A stretch of DNA of 64,000 bases from Minisyncoccia bacterium. Its GTDB lineage: Bacteria; Patescibacteriota; Minisyncoccia; SW-4-49-11. How positions within the stretch are numbered: position 1 is the stretch's first letter; every line of letters begins with the position of its first letter. The translations under genes and the position numbers were made by a program. The stretch lies in assembly GCA_044341565.1 (NCBI GenBank), contig JBIIRM010000002.1:1812-65811 (forward strand), written 5' to 3'. The notes beneath the pieces were generated by a model. The model worked only from the letters and a program-made list of their open reading frames with translations. It was not told the DNA's origin and made no database searches. This document shows positions 47,976 to 57,428 of this stretch, in pieces.

Positions 47976-48006
47976 TTATATTAATTAGATTACTATTAGT
48001 ATTTTC

Positions 48007-49188
48007 ATGAAAATTGCTTTTATAGGTCAAAAAGGTATTCCTGCCTCAGCTGGGGGTGGTGTGGAGAACTATGTTGATAATATTGCAGTGAGACTTGCTC
48101 GACGGAACCATGATATTATTGTTTATACACGTAAATCCTATGCTCCTGAAGGGAATTATAAAGGGGTACAGGTAATTGAAACCCCTTCTATTGCCACCAA
48201 AAGTTTGGATGCTATTACTCATACATTTACTTCTATTTGGAATAGTTTTTTTATCCCAGATTTGGATGTACTTCATATCAATTCAGTGGGCCCCGCCTTA
48301 TTAACTCCATTTGCTCGCCTCGGATTTGCTATCAAATATCTATTTGGACATAGATATACCAAGGTGGTATTTACATTTCATAGTGCTGATTGGTATCATG
48401 GAAAATGGAATCTTTTTGCTAAGTCAATGTTAAAATTAGGGGCTTGGACAGGATGTCATTTTGCTGATGAAGTAGTAACAGTTTCTAAGAGTTTACGCTA
48501 TTTTATATCTCGAGAATTTGATATTAAGGCTACTTATATACCAAATGGTACCGTGTTTAATCATATTAGTTCTGATTCAAAATTAGCCAAATTTGGTCTC
48601 AAAAAACAAGGCTATATTGTATTTATTGCAAGACTAGTTAAACATAAAAATGCTCATATTTTGATACAGGCGTATCAGCAAATGGCTCATAAATATGGGA
48701 AAAAGCTTGTTATTGTGGGAGGACCTTCTTATACCAGAGAATATGAACAATATCTTCATGATTTAGCAGATGGAGATAAAAATATTATATTTACCGGTCA
48801 TCAATTAGGCAGAACATTAAAACAATTATTTGCTAATGCAGCAATATATGTTCTTCCATCATCTTCAGAGGGATTATCTATTTCTCTTTTGGAGGCAGGA
48901 AGTTATGGAATTCCTGTTATTGTATCCGATATTCGCGAAAATCTTGAAATTGTGGGGGATCTTGGGCATATTGCAAAGGTGAATAATATTGCTTCTCTCA
49001 AACATCAATTAGAGCATGTATTGGGGGATTATCGAGGAGCTTTGGAACTTGCGGACATATTACAAGAGGAAATACGGTATCATTATTCTTGGAATCATAT
49101 TATAAAAGCTCTTGAAAATGTATATCAGAGAGACTCTCGTCTATATAGGGGTGCTGGTATTCAGGTTACGGCAGCTTTGAAATATTAA
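48007..49188 (+). CDS. Glycosyltransferase family 4 (GT-B)
   Basis: MKIAFIGQKGIPASAGGGVENYV N-terminus; C-terminal PSSSEGLSISLLEAGSYGIPVIVSD (E-x7-E-type region). Confidence 0.8.
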   Translation: MKIAFIGQKGIPASAGGGVENYVDNIAVRLARRNHDIIVYTRKSYAPEGNYKGVQVIETPSIATKSLDAITHTFTSIWNSFFIPDLDVLHINSVGPALLTPFARLGFAIKYLFGHRYTKVVFTFHSADWYHGKWNLFAKSMLKLGAWTGCHFADEVVTVSKSLRYFISREFDIKATYIPNGTVFNHISSDSKLAKFGLKKQGYIVFIARLVKHKNAHILIQAYQQMAHKYGKKLVIVGGPSYTREYEQYLHDLADGDKNIIFTGHQLGRTLKQLFANAAIYVLPSSSEGLSISLLEAGSYGIPVIVSDIRENLEIVGDLGHIAKVNNIASLKHQLEHVLGDYRGALELADILQEEIRYHYSWNHIIKALENVYQRDSRLYRGAGIQVTAALKY

Positions 49189-49193
49189 TAGAT

Positions 49194-50480
49194 ATGAAAA
49201 AAGTCTCTCCCAAAAAGAGAATTTTGACTATATTAGGTATTATACTATTGATTATTATTAGTATAAGTCTTATTATTTGGGGAATTATTTGGTCTCAATA
49301 TAGACAGGAAATTAATTTGGCTCAAGCTATACAAAAACAGGGAGATGTCACCTATTTAGTATTATTCCAGAACACCTTAGAATTAAGACCAACAGGGGGA
49401 TTTGTAGGTAATTTTGCAGAAGTTACTTTGAGTAAAGGAAAAGTGAAAAAGTATACTATTTATAATACGAATGCCTTTGATTATGGAAAGCCTGGTATTA
49501 ATGCTCCTGAGCCTATAAAAATTATGCTAGGAGTCGATACATTACAAATGAGAGATGGAAATTGGTCTCCAGATTTTCCTACTACAGCAAAACAAATGAT
49601 TGATTTATATAAATTGGAGGGGGGAAGTCAAAATATAAATGGTATTATTGCAGTAAATGCTGCTGTTCTCCCTGAAATATTAAAAATTATTGGGCCAGTG
49701 AATGTAGAGGGAATAGATGGAGAATTAAATGCCGATAATGTATTATTATCTGTACAATATGAACTTAATTTTGGATTTATTGATAAGGGGATAAGTCGTG
49801 CTGACCGTAAAGAGCCTATTAAAAATTTAGCAGTTGAAGTAGAGAAGAGAATTCGCAAAGCCTCTCCTCAAACATTATATAAAATTGGGAATATGCTTAT
49901 AGAGCAGGCTAATCAAAAGCAACTATTATTATGGAGCTCAGATCAAAAAGTACAAGATAAAGTTGAGACTTTGAATTGGGATGGGGCTATTGAGAATAAT
50001 GGGGAGGGGGATTATTTTATGTTAGTAGATGCTAATTTAGGTTCTCTCAAAACAGATTATTATATGAAGCGAGATATTAGTAAAACAGTTAATACTTGTG
50101 GGGACAAATTATGCTCCACAATTACCATACGATATACTAATACTGCTCAGACTGCCTCACCTCTCAATAATGATTATAAGTCATATAGTAGAATATTATT
50201 ACCACAAAATGCTTTTATTAATACTATTACTGGTATTGAAAAAGACAAAATTGACTATAATAGCGAATATAATAAAAAAGTAGCAGGATTTCAAATAGAT
50301 ATTCCTTTTAATAGTACTAAGGATATTTTCATTGATTATACTATTCCCAAAACTCAACAATATAGTTTGCAAATTCAAAAACAGCCAGGTATTGCAGGAT
50401 TTGGATTTAATTTAGATTATAAGCCAAAGTCAAAACAAGTATCTGAATATATTAATTCTGATTGGAATTGGAAAGAATAA
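49194..50480 (+). CDS. DUF4012-domain membrane-anchored protein
   Basis: N-terminal TM. LFQNTLELRPTGGFVGNFAEV is the characteristic DUF4012 motif. Confidence 0.7.
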   Translation: MKKVSPKKRILTILGIILLIIISISLIIWGIIWSQYRQEINLAQAIQKQGDVTYLVLFQNTLELRPTGGFVGNFAEVTLSKGKVKKYTIYNTNAFDYGKPGINAPEPIKIMLGVDTLQMRDGNWSPDFPTTAKQMIDLYKLEGGSQNINGIIAVNAAVLPEILKIIGPVNVEGIDGELNADNVLLSVQYELNFGFIDKGISRADRKEPIKNLAVEVEKRIRKASPQTLYKIGNMLIEQANQKQLLLWSSDQKVQDKVETLNWDGAIENNGEGDYFMLVDANLGSLKTDYYMKRDISKTVNTCGDKLCSTITIRYTNTAQTASPLNNDYKSYSRILLPQNAFINTITGIEKDKIDYNSEYNKKVAGFQIDIPFNSTKDIFIDYTIPKTQQYSLQIQKQPGIAGFGFNLDYKPKSKQVSEYINSDWNWKE

Positions 50481-52607
50481 TTATTCAAAATGTACGGTAT
50501 CTTCAAAATGCGATAGACGAGATTTTAATTCTGGATACATATTAAGAGTAGTATCTTGATTCAGGATTTCTTGTGATATATTACGAGTTTGTACAATAAT
50601 CTCTTTATTGAGTAATGCCTCCATACTAATATCTGATATTCCACTTTGATTAGATCCAATAAATTGACCTGGACCTCTAATAGCTAAATCTTTTTCCGCG
50701 AGCTCAAATCCATTATTGGCTTTTTCAATAGCTTTTAATCTTTGATTCATGGACACTTCTTGCTCACCCGTTTCAAATAGAAAACAAAAGGATTGATATT
50801 CTCCTCGGCCCACTCTTCCTCGGAATTGATGTAATTGAGCGAGTCCAAAGCGCTCAGCCCCTTCTATCACCATAATACTGGCATTCGGGATATCAATACC
50901 AACTTCTATTACTGAGGTGGCAACAAGTATATCAAATGTCCGATTTTTGAAATCTTGAATAATTGTATCTTTTTCGGCAGTTTTCATTTTCCCATGCATC
51001 ATATTAATTCTCAGATCAGGGAATATATTTTGAGATAAGTCAATAAAAGTTTCTTCTACGGATTTGATATCAGATTCTTCATCAGCTTCAATCTTGGGGC
51101 ATACCACAAAGGCTTGTCTACCGGATTGTATATGTTTACGTATAAAGGTATAGGCTTCTGATCTTTTGGATGGAGGTACTAATTTAGTTTTTATGAGTTT
51201 TCTTCCAGCGGGATATTCATCTAATAGAGATATATCTAAATCCCCATATATACTAAGAGCTAAAGTTCTTGGTATTGGGGTTGCTGTCATACTTAAGAGA
51301 TGAGAAATTGTCTCAGAGCTTTTATCCTTAGCTTTACTAATCATAGTTTGTAATTCTGCTCTTTGCTTTACTCCGAATCGATGTTGCTCATCTACGATAA
51401 CAAGAGCAAGATCTTTATATTGTAATTGATCAGTAATAACACTATGAGTACCAATAACAATATCAATATTTCCCCTTGCAATTTTACGTAATAATTCTTT
51501 TTTAGGAATAGTAGTCCAAGACCCAAGTTCAATATCAGTAGATATACGAGATTCTTTAGAGGTAATCAAGGCGATAATTGGGGGTGAGGTTATATTCTGT
51601 GTTAATTTGGTGATTCCTTCAAAATGTTGAGTTGCAAGTATTTCAGTAGGGGCCATCATTACCGATTGAGCTGTATTAAAATAGGAATTAAGCATTGCTA
51701 TTGTTGCGACAATGGTTTTGCCAGTACCAACATCTCCCTCTAATAATCTATTCATAGGGGATGGTTTGGCAATATCACCCAGGATTTCTTGTATAGATTT
51801 TTGCTGAGCCTTGGTTAGCTCAAAGGGTAGCTTACTAATAAATTCTTGAATTCTGTCTGTTTGAGTCATTAATGCAGGAGCATATTTAGATTGAAAGAGC
51901 AGTTTTTGTTTGGCAATATATAATTGCATAATAAAAGCTTCTTCGAATATTAGTCTTTGTTTAGCTTGATGAATATTATCGGTACTGCGAGGATAATGTA
52001 AATATTGAATAGCGGTATTAATATCAGGGATATGAGCTTTTTGTAAAACCCATTCAGGTAAAGTCTCAGGTAATAGTCCAAATTGCTTAATAGCAAGATC
52101 AATACGATATCTTAACATTTTTGAGGTTATACCAAAGGTTTCTGGGTAAATAGGTACTAATCGATGAGAATGTAAGAGGATTTTTTGTGGTAATATTCTC
52201 TCAAAACTAATATTGCTAAGAGGGGATTTAGTATTAGGTTTTATAATAGCAGATAGGGCATATTGTGAACCTATTTGAAGAGACTCAAATAATAATTTTT
52301 GATTAAAAAGGGTAATAGTATATTGATCAGTCTCATCTTGTATAGTAATTTCCCCCAAAACAAGATTACGACCTCTGAGGCGAGTCGATTTCTTATGAAT
52401 AATAGTTATTTCAAATACAGCAGGAGTTCCTGGGATAATAGTATTAATATTATTTAAGGTTTGAAAATGAGTATAATTAATAAATTTTTTGGGTGGATAT
52501 AAAAGGAGTTGTGCAAGAGTATGAATTCCTAATTTATGAAAACTGCTAATAAGCCTAGGAGTAGGTTTTGGCTTTAATTCTTCAATAGGGGTATAGAGAA
52601 CATTCAT
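50481..52607 (-). CDS. recG: ATP-dependent DNA helicase RecG
   Basis: Wedge domain plus SF2 helicase motifs GDVGTGKT, VDEQHRFG, MTATPIPRT, QLHQFRGRVGRG. Confidence 0.95.
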   Translation of the reverse strand: MNVLYTPIEELKPKPTPRLISSFHKLGIHTLAQLLLYPPKKFINYTHFQTLNNINTIIPGTPAVFEITIIHKKSTRLRGRNLVLGEITIQDETDQYTITLFNQKLLFESLQIGSQYALSAIIKPNTKSPLSNISFERILPQKILLHSHRLVPIYPETFGITSKMLRYRIDLAIKQFGLLPETLPEWVLQKAHIPDINTAIQYLHYPRSTDNIHQAKQRLIFEEAFIMQLYIAKQKLLFQSKYAPALMTQTDRIQEFISKLPFELTKAQQKSIQEILGDIAKPSPMNRLLEGDVGTGKTIVATIAMLNSYFNTAQSVMMAPTEILATQHFEGITKLTQNITSPPIIALITSKESRISTDIELGSWTTIPKKELLRKIARGNIDIVIGTHSVITDQLQYKDLALVIVDEQHRFGVKQRAELQTMISKAKDKSSETISHLLSMTATPIPRTLALSIYGDLDISLLDEYPAGRKLIKTKLVPPSKRSEAYTFIRKHIQSGRQAFVVCPKIEADEESDIKSVEETFIDLSQNIFPDLRINMMHGKMKTAEKDTIIQDFKNRTFDILVATSVIEVGIDIPNASIMVIEGAERFGLAQLHQFRGRVGRGEYQSFCFLFETGEQEVSMNQRLKAIEKANNGFELAEKDLAIRGPGQFIGSNQSGISDISMEALLNKEIIVQTRNISQEILNQDTTLNMYPELKSRLSHFEDTVHFE

Positions 52608-52618
52608 ACATATAATAT

Positions 52619-52695
52619 TGGTGTACCTAAGAGGGTTCGAACCTCTGACCTCAGGTTCCGCAAACCTGCGCTCTATCCAACTGAGCTATAGGTAC
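52619..52695 (-). tRNA. tRNA-Arg (anticodon GCG), CCA encoded
   Basis: The reverse complement GTACCTATAGCTCAGTTGGATAGAGCGCAGGTTTGCGGAACCTGAGGTCAGAGGTTCGAACCCTCTTAGGTACACCA folds as a perfect cloverleaf. Anticodon loop is TTGCGGA. Confidence 0.9.
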
Positions 52696-52696
52696 A

Positions 52697-53173
52697 TTAA
52701 ATTTTAAGGAAATGATCTAAGGTGTCAAAAAATGATTCTTTCCCATCTTCTCTAGGGATAAATTGCTCAAGTATATCAGCAATATCATCAGGATTTTCTT
52801 TTCCAAGAGGAATGCGGGTATGGGTTAAGACACCTTTTGCCATATGAAGAGATATGAATCTGACATCTTGTCTTATAAAAACACCAAATGATTCAATATC
52901 TTGAAATTGAAATGTTCTTTTGGAGTCTAAATTAATTCCTGTCTCAGTAATTTCAACAGTTATATATTCAGGATCTTTACTTGATATTAATAGGGTAACA
53001 ACAAAGGTTAAAACAAATACCACAAACATCATTGGGGAGCGGGTGAATATTGCATATACCAAAAGGAGAACACCTATAATACCAAAAAGAGCATACCAAG
53101 TAGGGGTTTTTTCATATTTATCAAACTCTAAGGCTTGATAGTTGTAAAGAGATGATTTTTTTTGTTTAGCCAT
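52697..53173 (-). CDS. Hypothetical membrane protein (two N-terminal TM helices plus a small soluble domain)
   Basis: 158 aa. WYALFGIIGVLLLVYAIF and MMFVVFVLTFVVTLLI. Confidence 0.5.
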   Translation of the reverse strand: MAKQKKSSLYNYQALEFDKYEKTPTWYALFGIIGVLLLVYAIFTRSPMMFVVFVLTFVVTLLISSKDPEYITVEITETGINLDSKRTFQFQDIESFGVFIRQDVRFISLHMAKGVLTHTRIPLGKENPDDIADILEQFIPREDGKESFFDTLDHFLKI

Positions 53174-53233
53174 AATAAATATATTGGTATTTCGAGTTAA
53201 TTATAGCATATATCTTTTGATTCGAAAAGATAA

Positions 53234-53926
53234 TTATATCCTTTGATCTTTTCGCCAAGACTCGATGGCTTGATGATTTCCTGATAATAATATTTCGGGC
53301 ACTTCCCAATTAGCAGGGGCATCAGGTTTAATTAATTGGGGATTAGTAGGAGTAAAAATAGCTGGACGAGAATAATGAGGATATTCCTTAGTATCAGTAT
53401 TAGTCCAGGATTCCTCAGTTAGAGATTCTTGATTACCAAGTACTTCAGGAATATGTCGAGAAATAGCATCGAGCATAACCAGAGCAGGTAATTCACCCCC
53501 TGTTAATACAAATTGCCCAATAGATAAGGATTCATGGGTTAAATATTTTTCTACTCTTGAGTCCACACCTTCATAGCGACCACAAATAAAAATAATATGA
53601 TTATAGGTATCCCCAAGAGATATAGCCTTTTCTTGATTAAATATTGGAGCCCCCGCCTTGGTTAAAATAATATGTTTTTTGGTATCAGGATATTGATTAA
53701 TGAGGGAAGAAAGAGCCTCATAAATAGGTTCTATTTGTAATATCATACCAGCACCACCCCCAAATGGAGTATCATCAACTTTATTATGAGGATTATTGGT
53801 ATAATCACGTATATTATGAATACCAACTTCAATACTTTGTTTGAGATTTTGAGCCCTCCCAACTACTCCATTATTAATATAAGGAGTAATAATTTCTGGA
53901 AAAAGAGTTAATATATCAAAACGCAT
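53234..53926 (-). CDS. trmD: tRNA (guanine37-N1)-methyltransferase
   Basis: MRFDILTLFPE, FGGGAGMIL, CGRYEGVD, LTGGELPA. Confidence 0.95.
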   Translation of the reverse strand: MRFDILTLFPEIITPYINNGVVGRAQNLKQSIEVGIHNIRDYTNNPHNKVDDTPFGGGAGMILQIEPIYEALSSLINQYPDTKKHIILTKAGAPIFNQEKAISLGDTYNHIIFICGRYEGVDSRVEKYLTHESLSIGQFVLTGGELPALVMLDAISRHIPEVLGNQESLTEESWTNTDTKEYPHYSRPAIFTPTNPQLIKPDAPANWEVPEILLSGNHQAIESWRKDQRI

Positions 53927-53929
53927 ATA

Positions 53930-54253
53930 TTAGAGATTCAAGTTATCCACAGCTTGATTAATATCTTCTGAATTAGATAATCGAGTTTCATTTCTCACAC
54001 CTTGTTCTGGCTCAAGAATTTTGAGATTAACTCGAGCATTATTACGAGCTCCCACAATACGGAGAAGGGAGCGAATTGCCTTGGCAGTAGATCCTGCCTT
54101 TCCAATCACATAACCCATATCACTGGGATTGACTTGTAACGTTATTAATACTCCCATTTCATCCACTGTTCTTTCAATCAGAACATCATTAGGATTATCT
54201 ACAATTGACTTAACAATATATGAAACAAATTCTTTATCTACGGTGCTTTCCAT
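53930..54253 (-). CDS. KH-domain RNA-binding protein (UPF0109/KhpA-like)
   Basis: VIGKAGSTAKAIRSLLR carries the GxxG KH motif; adjacent to trmD. Confidence 0.75.
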   Translation of the reverse strand: MESTVDKEFVSYIVKSIVDNPNDVLIERTVDEMGVLITLQVNPSDMGYVIGKAGSTAKAIRSLLRIVGARNNARVNLKILEPEQGVRNETRLSNSEDINQAVDNLNL

Positions 54254-54339
54254 TTCTGTGTTTTTATCTGTTAATCAAAGTTATATAAACTTTATTGCTA
54301 TTATATCATATCTTTTATACTCTTGATAATAGATATTGG

Positions 54340-55047
54340 CTAATGAGCCAAAACAAGCGCATGTATATCGCAAAAACCCTGTTTATATAAGGATTTAGCA
54401 GCCTCTTCAATTGTGGATAACGTAGTTGTAACATCATCAATAATAATTATGGTAGAGTTTTTTGGAGCTCGAGAATAAGCCTCAAAAGAATCAATTACAT
54501 TCTCTATTCTATCTTGCCTGTCTTTAATACGCATTTGTTGTGGGGTATCACGTATACGCTGTAAATCAAGATAAAGAGGTAATTTGAGCTTATCAGCTAA
54601 ATATTGAGCTAATAATACAGATTGATTATATCCCCGAAATTGTAATCGTTTGTTATGAAGGGGAATGGGACAGAGAATAATATTGGACTTTAATCGTATA
54701 TGTTGTGTGAGGGTACGAAGCATTATGGCTCCTAGGGGCTCAGCTATTTGGGGAATATTTTTATACTTGAGATAATGAATACTTTTACGTATAATTGGAT
54801 CATTAAATGGGGTACAGGTAAGTATACTCATAAGTTTACCCTCTACAAGATTAGGTTGAATATTTGTATGTATTTTGGGGACAAATAATGATTTCTGTTG
54901 TATATATTTGTGTATCCAGAGATTAGGCTTATGTAGGATTTTGGATAGGCAATCAGCGCATAAATTCGAAATATGAAGTTTATGGCAAATAATACATTGA
55001 TTCGGTATTATGCTATTTTGTAATAATGTGGATAGTGAATCTTGCAT
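54340..55047 (-). CDS. ComF-family protein (phosphoribosyltransferase domain)
   Basis: N-terminal Cys pairs CIICHK...CADC; C-terminal PRT motif IIIIDDVTTTLST. Confidence 0.8.
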   Translation of the reverse strand: MQDSLSTLLQNSIIPNQCIICHKLHISNLCADCLSKILHKPNLWIHKYIQQKSLFVPKIHTNIQPNLVEGKLMSILTCTPFNDPIIRKSIHYLKYKNIPQIAEPLGAIMLRTLTQHIRLKSNIILCPIPLHNKRLQFRGYNQSVLLAQYLADKLKLPLYLDLQRIRDTPQQMRIKDRQDRIENVIDSFEAYSRAPKNSTIIIIDDVTTTLSTIEEAAKSLYKQGFCDIHALVLAH

Positions 55048-55070
55048 ATTTATATACCATATGATATTAT
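55042..55070 (+). promoter_or_regulatory. Extended -10 promoter for the pilus operon
   Basis: TTGCAT (55042-55047), 17-nt spacer ending in ATGA, TATTAT (55065-55070). Confidence 0.45.
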
Positions 55071-55103
55071 TATACTATAGAATAATATCAATAAATAAAA
55101 GCA

Positions 55104-56174
55104 ATGTTAGGATTAGGAGTAAAAAATTCGTTTGGTATTGATATTGGTACACAAACTATTAAAATTTCGGAAGTTCAAAAACAAGGAGGGAAAATATCCG
55201 TGATTAATTATAGTATTTGGGATGATGATTTAGATAATATTATTCAAGAGAAAAACGGGGAACATATTATTTCTGTATCTCAGATTACCACCATTATACA
55301 AGCTATGCTTAATGCTGCTAAAATGGAAATAAAGGAGGCATATATTGCAATCCCTTCATATTTAGCTTTTTCAGCAGTTGTTCAATTTCCTCTTATGTCA
55401 TTTGAAGAATTGTCTACAGCTGTACCACTTGAAGCAAAACAATATATTCCTGTTCCTTTAACCAGCGTGCAATTAGATTGGATGAATTTAGGGCCTAATA
55501 AGGAAAAAGATAAATTAAATGTATTAGTAATTGCCATTCCTAATAGTGTGGTAAATACGTATATTGAAGTAAGTAAAGCCCTAGGTATTACGATTAAGGG
55601 ATTTGAATTAGATGCTTTCTCTATTATTCGTTCTATTGATTTGCCCAATAGTCAAGTATGTGTTGTAGATATTGGGGCAAGAACCAGTACGGTAAGTATT
55701 GTTAATACAGAAGATCAATTGCAATTAATACAATCATTTGATTTTGGAGGGAATCATATTACGGATAAAATTTCATCTTCTCATAATATATCCAGTATAG
55801 AAGCAGAAAAACTCAAAAAAGATAATGGAATATCTGGTCCTAAGTCAGAAATATCAGCCTTAATACAATCTGGGATTAAGAGCTTTTTTGAAAATGAAGT
55901 ATTGCGTATTATTCACCAATTCCAAGATAATAATGAAGAAAAAATACAAGATATTGTATTGCTTGGTGGCTTTGCTAAAATGGACGGTATTCGAGAATTT
56001 GTTGATTTAGTTATTAATAATCAATTAGGAGTAAGTCAAAAAATTACTATTACTGTTGCAGAACCCTATTCTAATCTGAGCATTAAAGGGGTGAAGGATA
56101 AGGAAGTTCTGCATGCAATTTGGCATGATTTGGTATTGTCAATTGGTATTTCACTTAAAGATTATGTCGAATAA
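55104..56174 (+). CDS. pilM: Type IV pilus assembly ATPase-like protein PilM
   Basis: FGIDIGTQTIKISEV actin-like fold; 356 aa; first gene of the pilus cluster. Confidence 0.8.
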   Translation: MLGLGVKNSFGIDIGTQTIKISEVQKQGGKISVINYSIWDDDLDNIIQEKNGEHIISVSQITTIIQAMLNAAKMEIKEAYIAIPSYLAFSAVVQFPLMSFEELSTAVPLEAKQYIPVPLTSVQLDWMNLGPNKEKDKLNVLVIAIPNSVVNTYIEVSKALGITIKGFELDAFSIIRSIDLPNSQVCVVDIGARTSTVSIVNTEDQLQLIQSFDFGGNHITDKISSSHNISSIEAEKLKKDNGISGPKSEISALIQSGIKSFFENEVLRIIHQFQDNNEEKIQDIVLLGGFAKMDGIREFVDLVINNQLGVSQKITITVAEPYSNLSIKGVKDKEVLHAIWHDLVLSIGISLKDYVE

Positions 56175-56175
56175 T

Positions 56176-56706
56176 ATGGAAAATATTAGCTTTATTCCTA
56201 ATAGACAAAAAGGCTCAGAGGGATATGTGACTATTAAAGAGGAGCATCCTTATCGGGGGTATATTATTGGATTTATATTGACATTAATTATATACATAGG
56301 AGTATTGGGTTCTGTTTATTGGGTTTATATTATAAAGCCTACGAATGAATATAATCAAATTTTAGCAGATTTAAATGAAAGAAATAGTGTATATTATCCA
56401 AAAGATGATTTAGAAAAAACAGTGTATAATGTGAATACATTGATTTCTCAAACATATGATCCAGTTGAAATTATGAAAGAAATTGAAGCAACATATACTA
56501 CTGGGTTTAAAACAAGTTCTTGGGTATATAGTGCACAAAAAAAGACTATTATTCTTTCAGCACAAGCGCTTTCTTTTGATGATGCTAATTCTCAAATATC
56601 TAAGATAAAGGAGGTTAAAGGTGTTATAGATGCTTCTTCCCCAGATATTAGGAAGAATTCTGAGGGTAGTGGAGTTAGTCTTGATATATTGATTAAGTTA
56701 AAGTAG
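56176..56706 (+). CDS. PilN-like pilus assembly membrane protein
   Basis: Single TM (YIIGFILTLIIYIGVLGSVYWVYII) plus a periplasmic-type domain, immediately after pilM. An alternative ATG at 56164 cannot be excluded. Confidence 0.5.
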   Translation: MENISFIPNRQKGSEGYVTIKEEHPYRGYIIGFILTLIIYIGVLGSVYWVYIIKPTNEYNQILADLNERNSVYYPKDDLEKTVYNVNTLISQTYDPVEIMKEIEATYTTGFKTSSWVYSAQKKTIILSAQALSFDDANSQISKIKEVKGVIDASSPDIRKNSEGSGVSLDILIKLK

Positions 56707-56711
56707 ATGAT

Positions 56712-57242
56712 ATGAATCAAAAAACCCTTTTATCCATTTCATTCTGTATTATATTTATTACTTTGATTTGGACAATAACTAATTTTTATACTGATTTTTT
56801 GACAAGTAAATTCTCTGGAGTAAAGGAATTACAGAAAAAAACACAAATTACCCAATCATTTGCTGATCAAAAGTCGCCCTCAGAATTGGCAAAAAGAATA
56901 AATGAATTCACACCAGATTCACTGGATAAGACCGCGATTACAACAGAATTTACACAATTTGCAAGAGAATCTAATATTGAAATAGCTTCCATCTCTGTAG
57001 ATGAGCAGGGTTCACTAATAAAAGATACTAATAACTTAGATACCAATAATACTTCTATTAATACATTAAGACCAGTGAATATTTTATTAAAAATAACTGG
57101 AGGTAGAAGAGAAATATATACTTTTTTACAAAAATTAATACAATCAAAGCGATATATAGGGGTGAATACCGTTAGCTTATCTTTTGCTAAAGGATTAGGT
57201 AATATAGAGGGAGCTATTAATGCAATAACATATTATAAATAA
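56712..57242 (+). CDS. PilO-like pilus assembly membrane protein
   Basis: Single N-terminal TM plus a roughly 140-aa domain. Assigned by position in the pilM-N-O order only. Confidence 0.4.
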   Translation: MNQKTLLSISFCIIFITLIWTITNFYTDFLTSKFSGVKELQKKTQITQSFADQKSPSELAKRINEFTPDSLDKTAITTEFTQFARESNIEIASISVDEQGSLIKDTNNLDTNNTSINTLRPVNILLKITGGRREIYTFLQKLIQSKRYIGVNTVSLSFAKGLGNIEGAINAITYYK

Positions 57243-57244
57243 AT

Positions 57245-57427
57245 ATGAAAAATATATCTCAAATTATTGAAAGGTATCACAAATTCATTATAGTATCAGT
57301 TAGTATTATAGCTGTAGGCTATTTTGGATATCAAATATTTGCTATTATATTAAATCATATATCTGTTGGGGATACCGATATAGTAGCACCTAGCTTTGAT
57401 ACTATTAGTAGTTATTTTAAGTTATAA
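57245..57427 (+). CDS. Small membrane protein in the pilus operon
   Basis: 60 aa with one TM (FIIVSVSIIAVGYFGYQIFAIIL), tightly packed between the pilO-like gene and pilB. Confidence 0.4.
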   Translation: MKNISQIIERYHKFIIVSVSIIAVGYFGYQIFAIILNHISVGDTDIVAPSFDTISSYFKL

Positions 57428-57428
57428 T

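Noticed and set aside
44239-48006. Integron-like gene cassette array as an explanation for the five modular units.
   Set aside because: There is no integrase gene nearby. The inter-unit hairpins are short GC stems followed by T-runs (terminators), not attC sites with RYYYAAC/GTTRRRY cores. Each unit also carries its own promoter, unlike integron cassettes.
44239-48006. Metagenome mis-assembly (a chimeric contig) as the explanation for the GC shift.
   Set aside because: This is not fully excluded without reads, but it is unlikely. Composition switches back to host-like AT-rich sequence in every spacer, giving six or more transitions. Those spacers carry the same promoter consensus seen at rpsP and the pilus operon. 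A simple chimera would give a single breakpoint.
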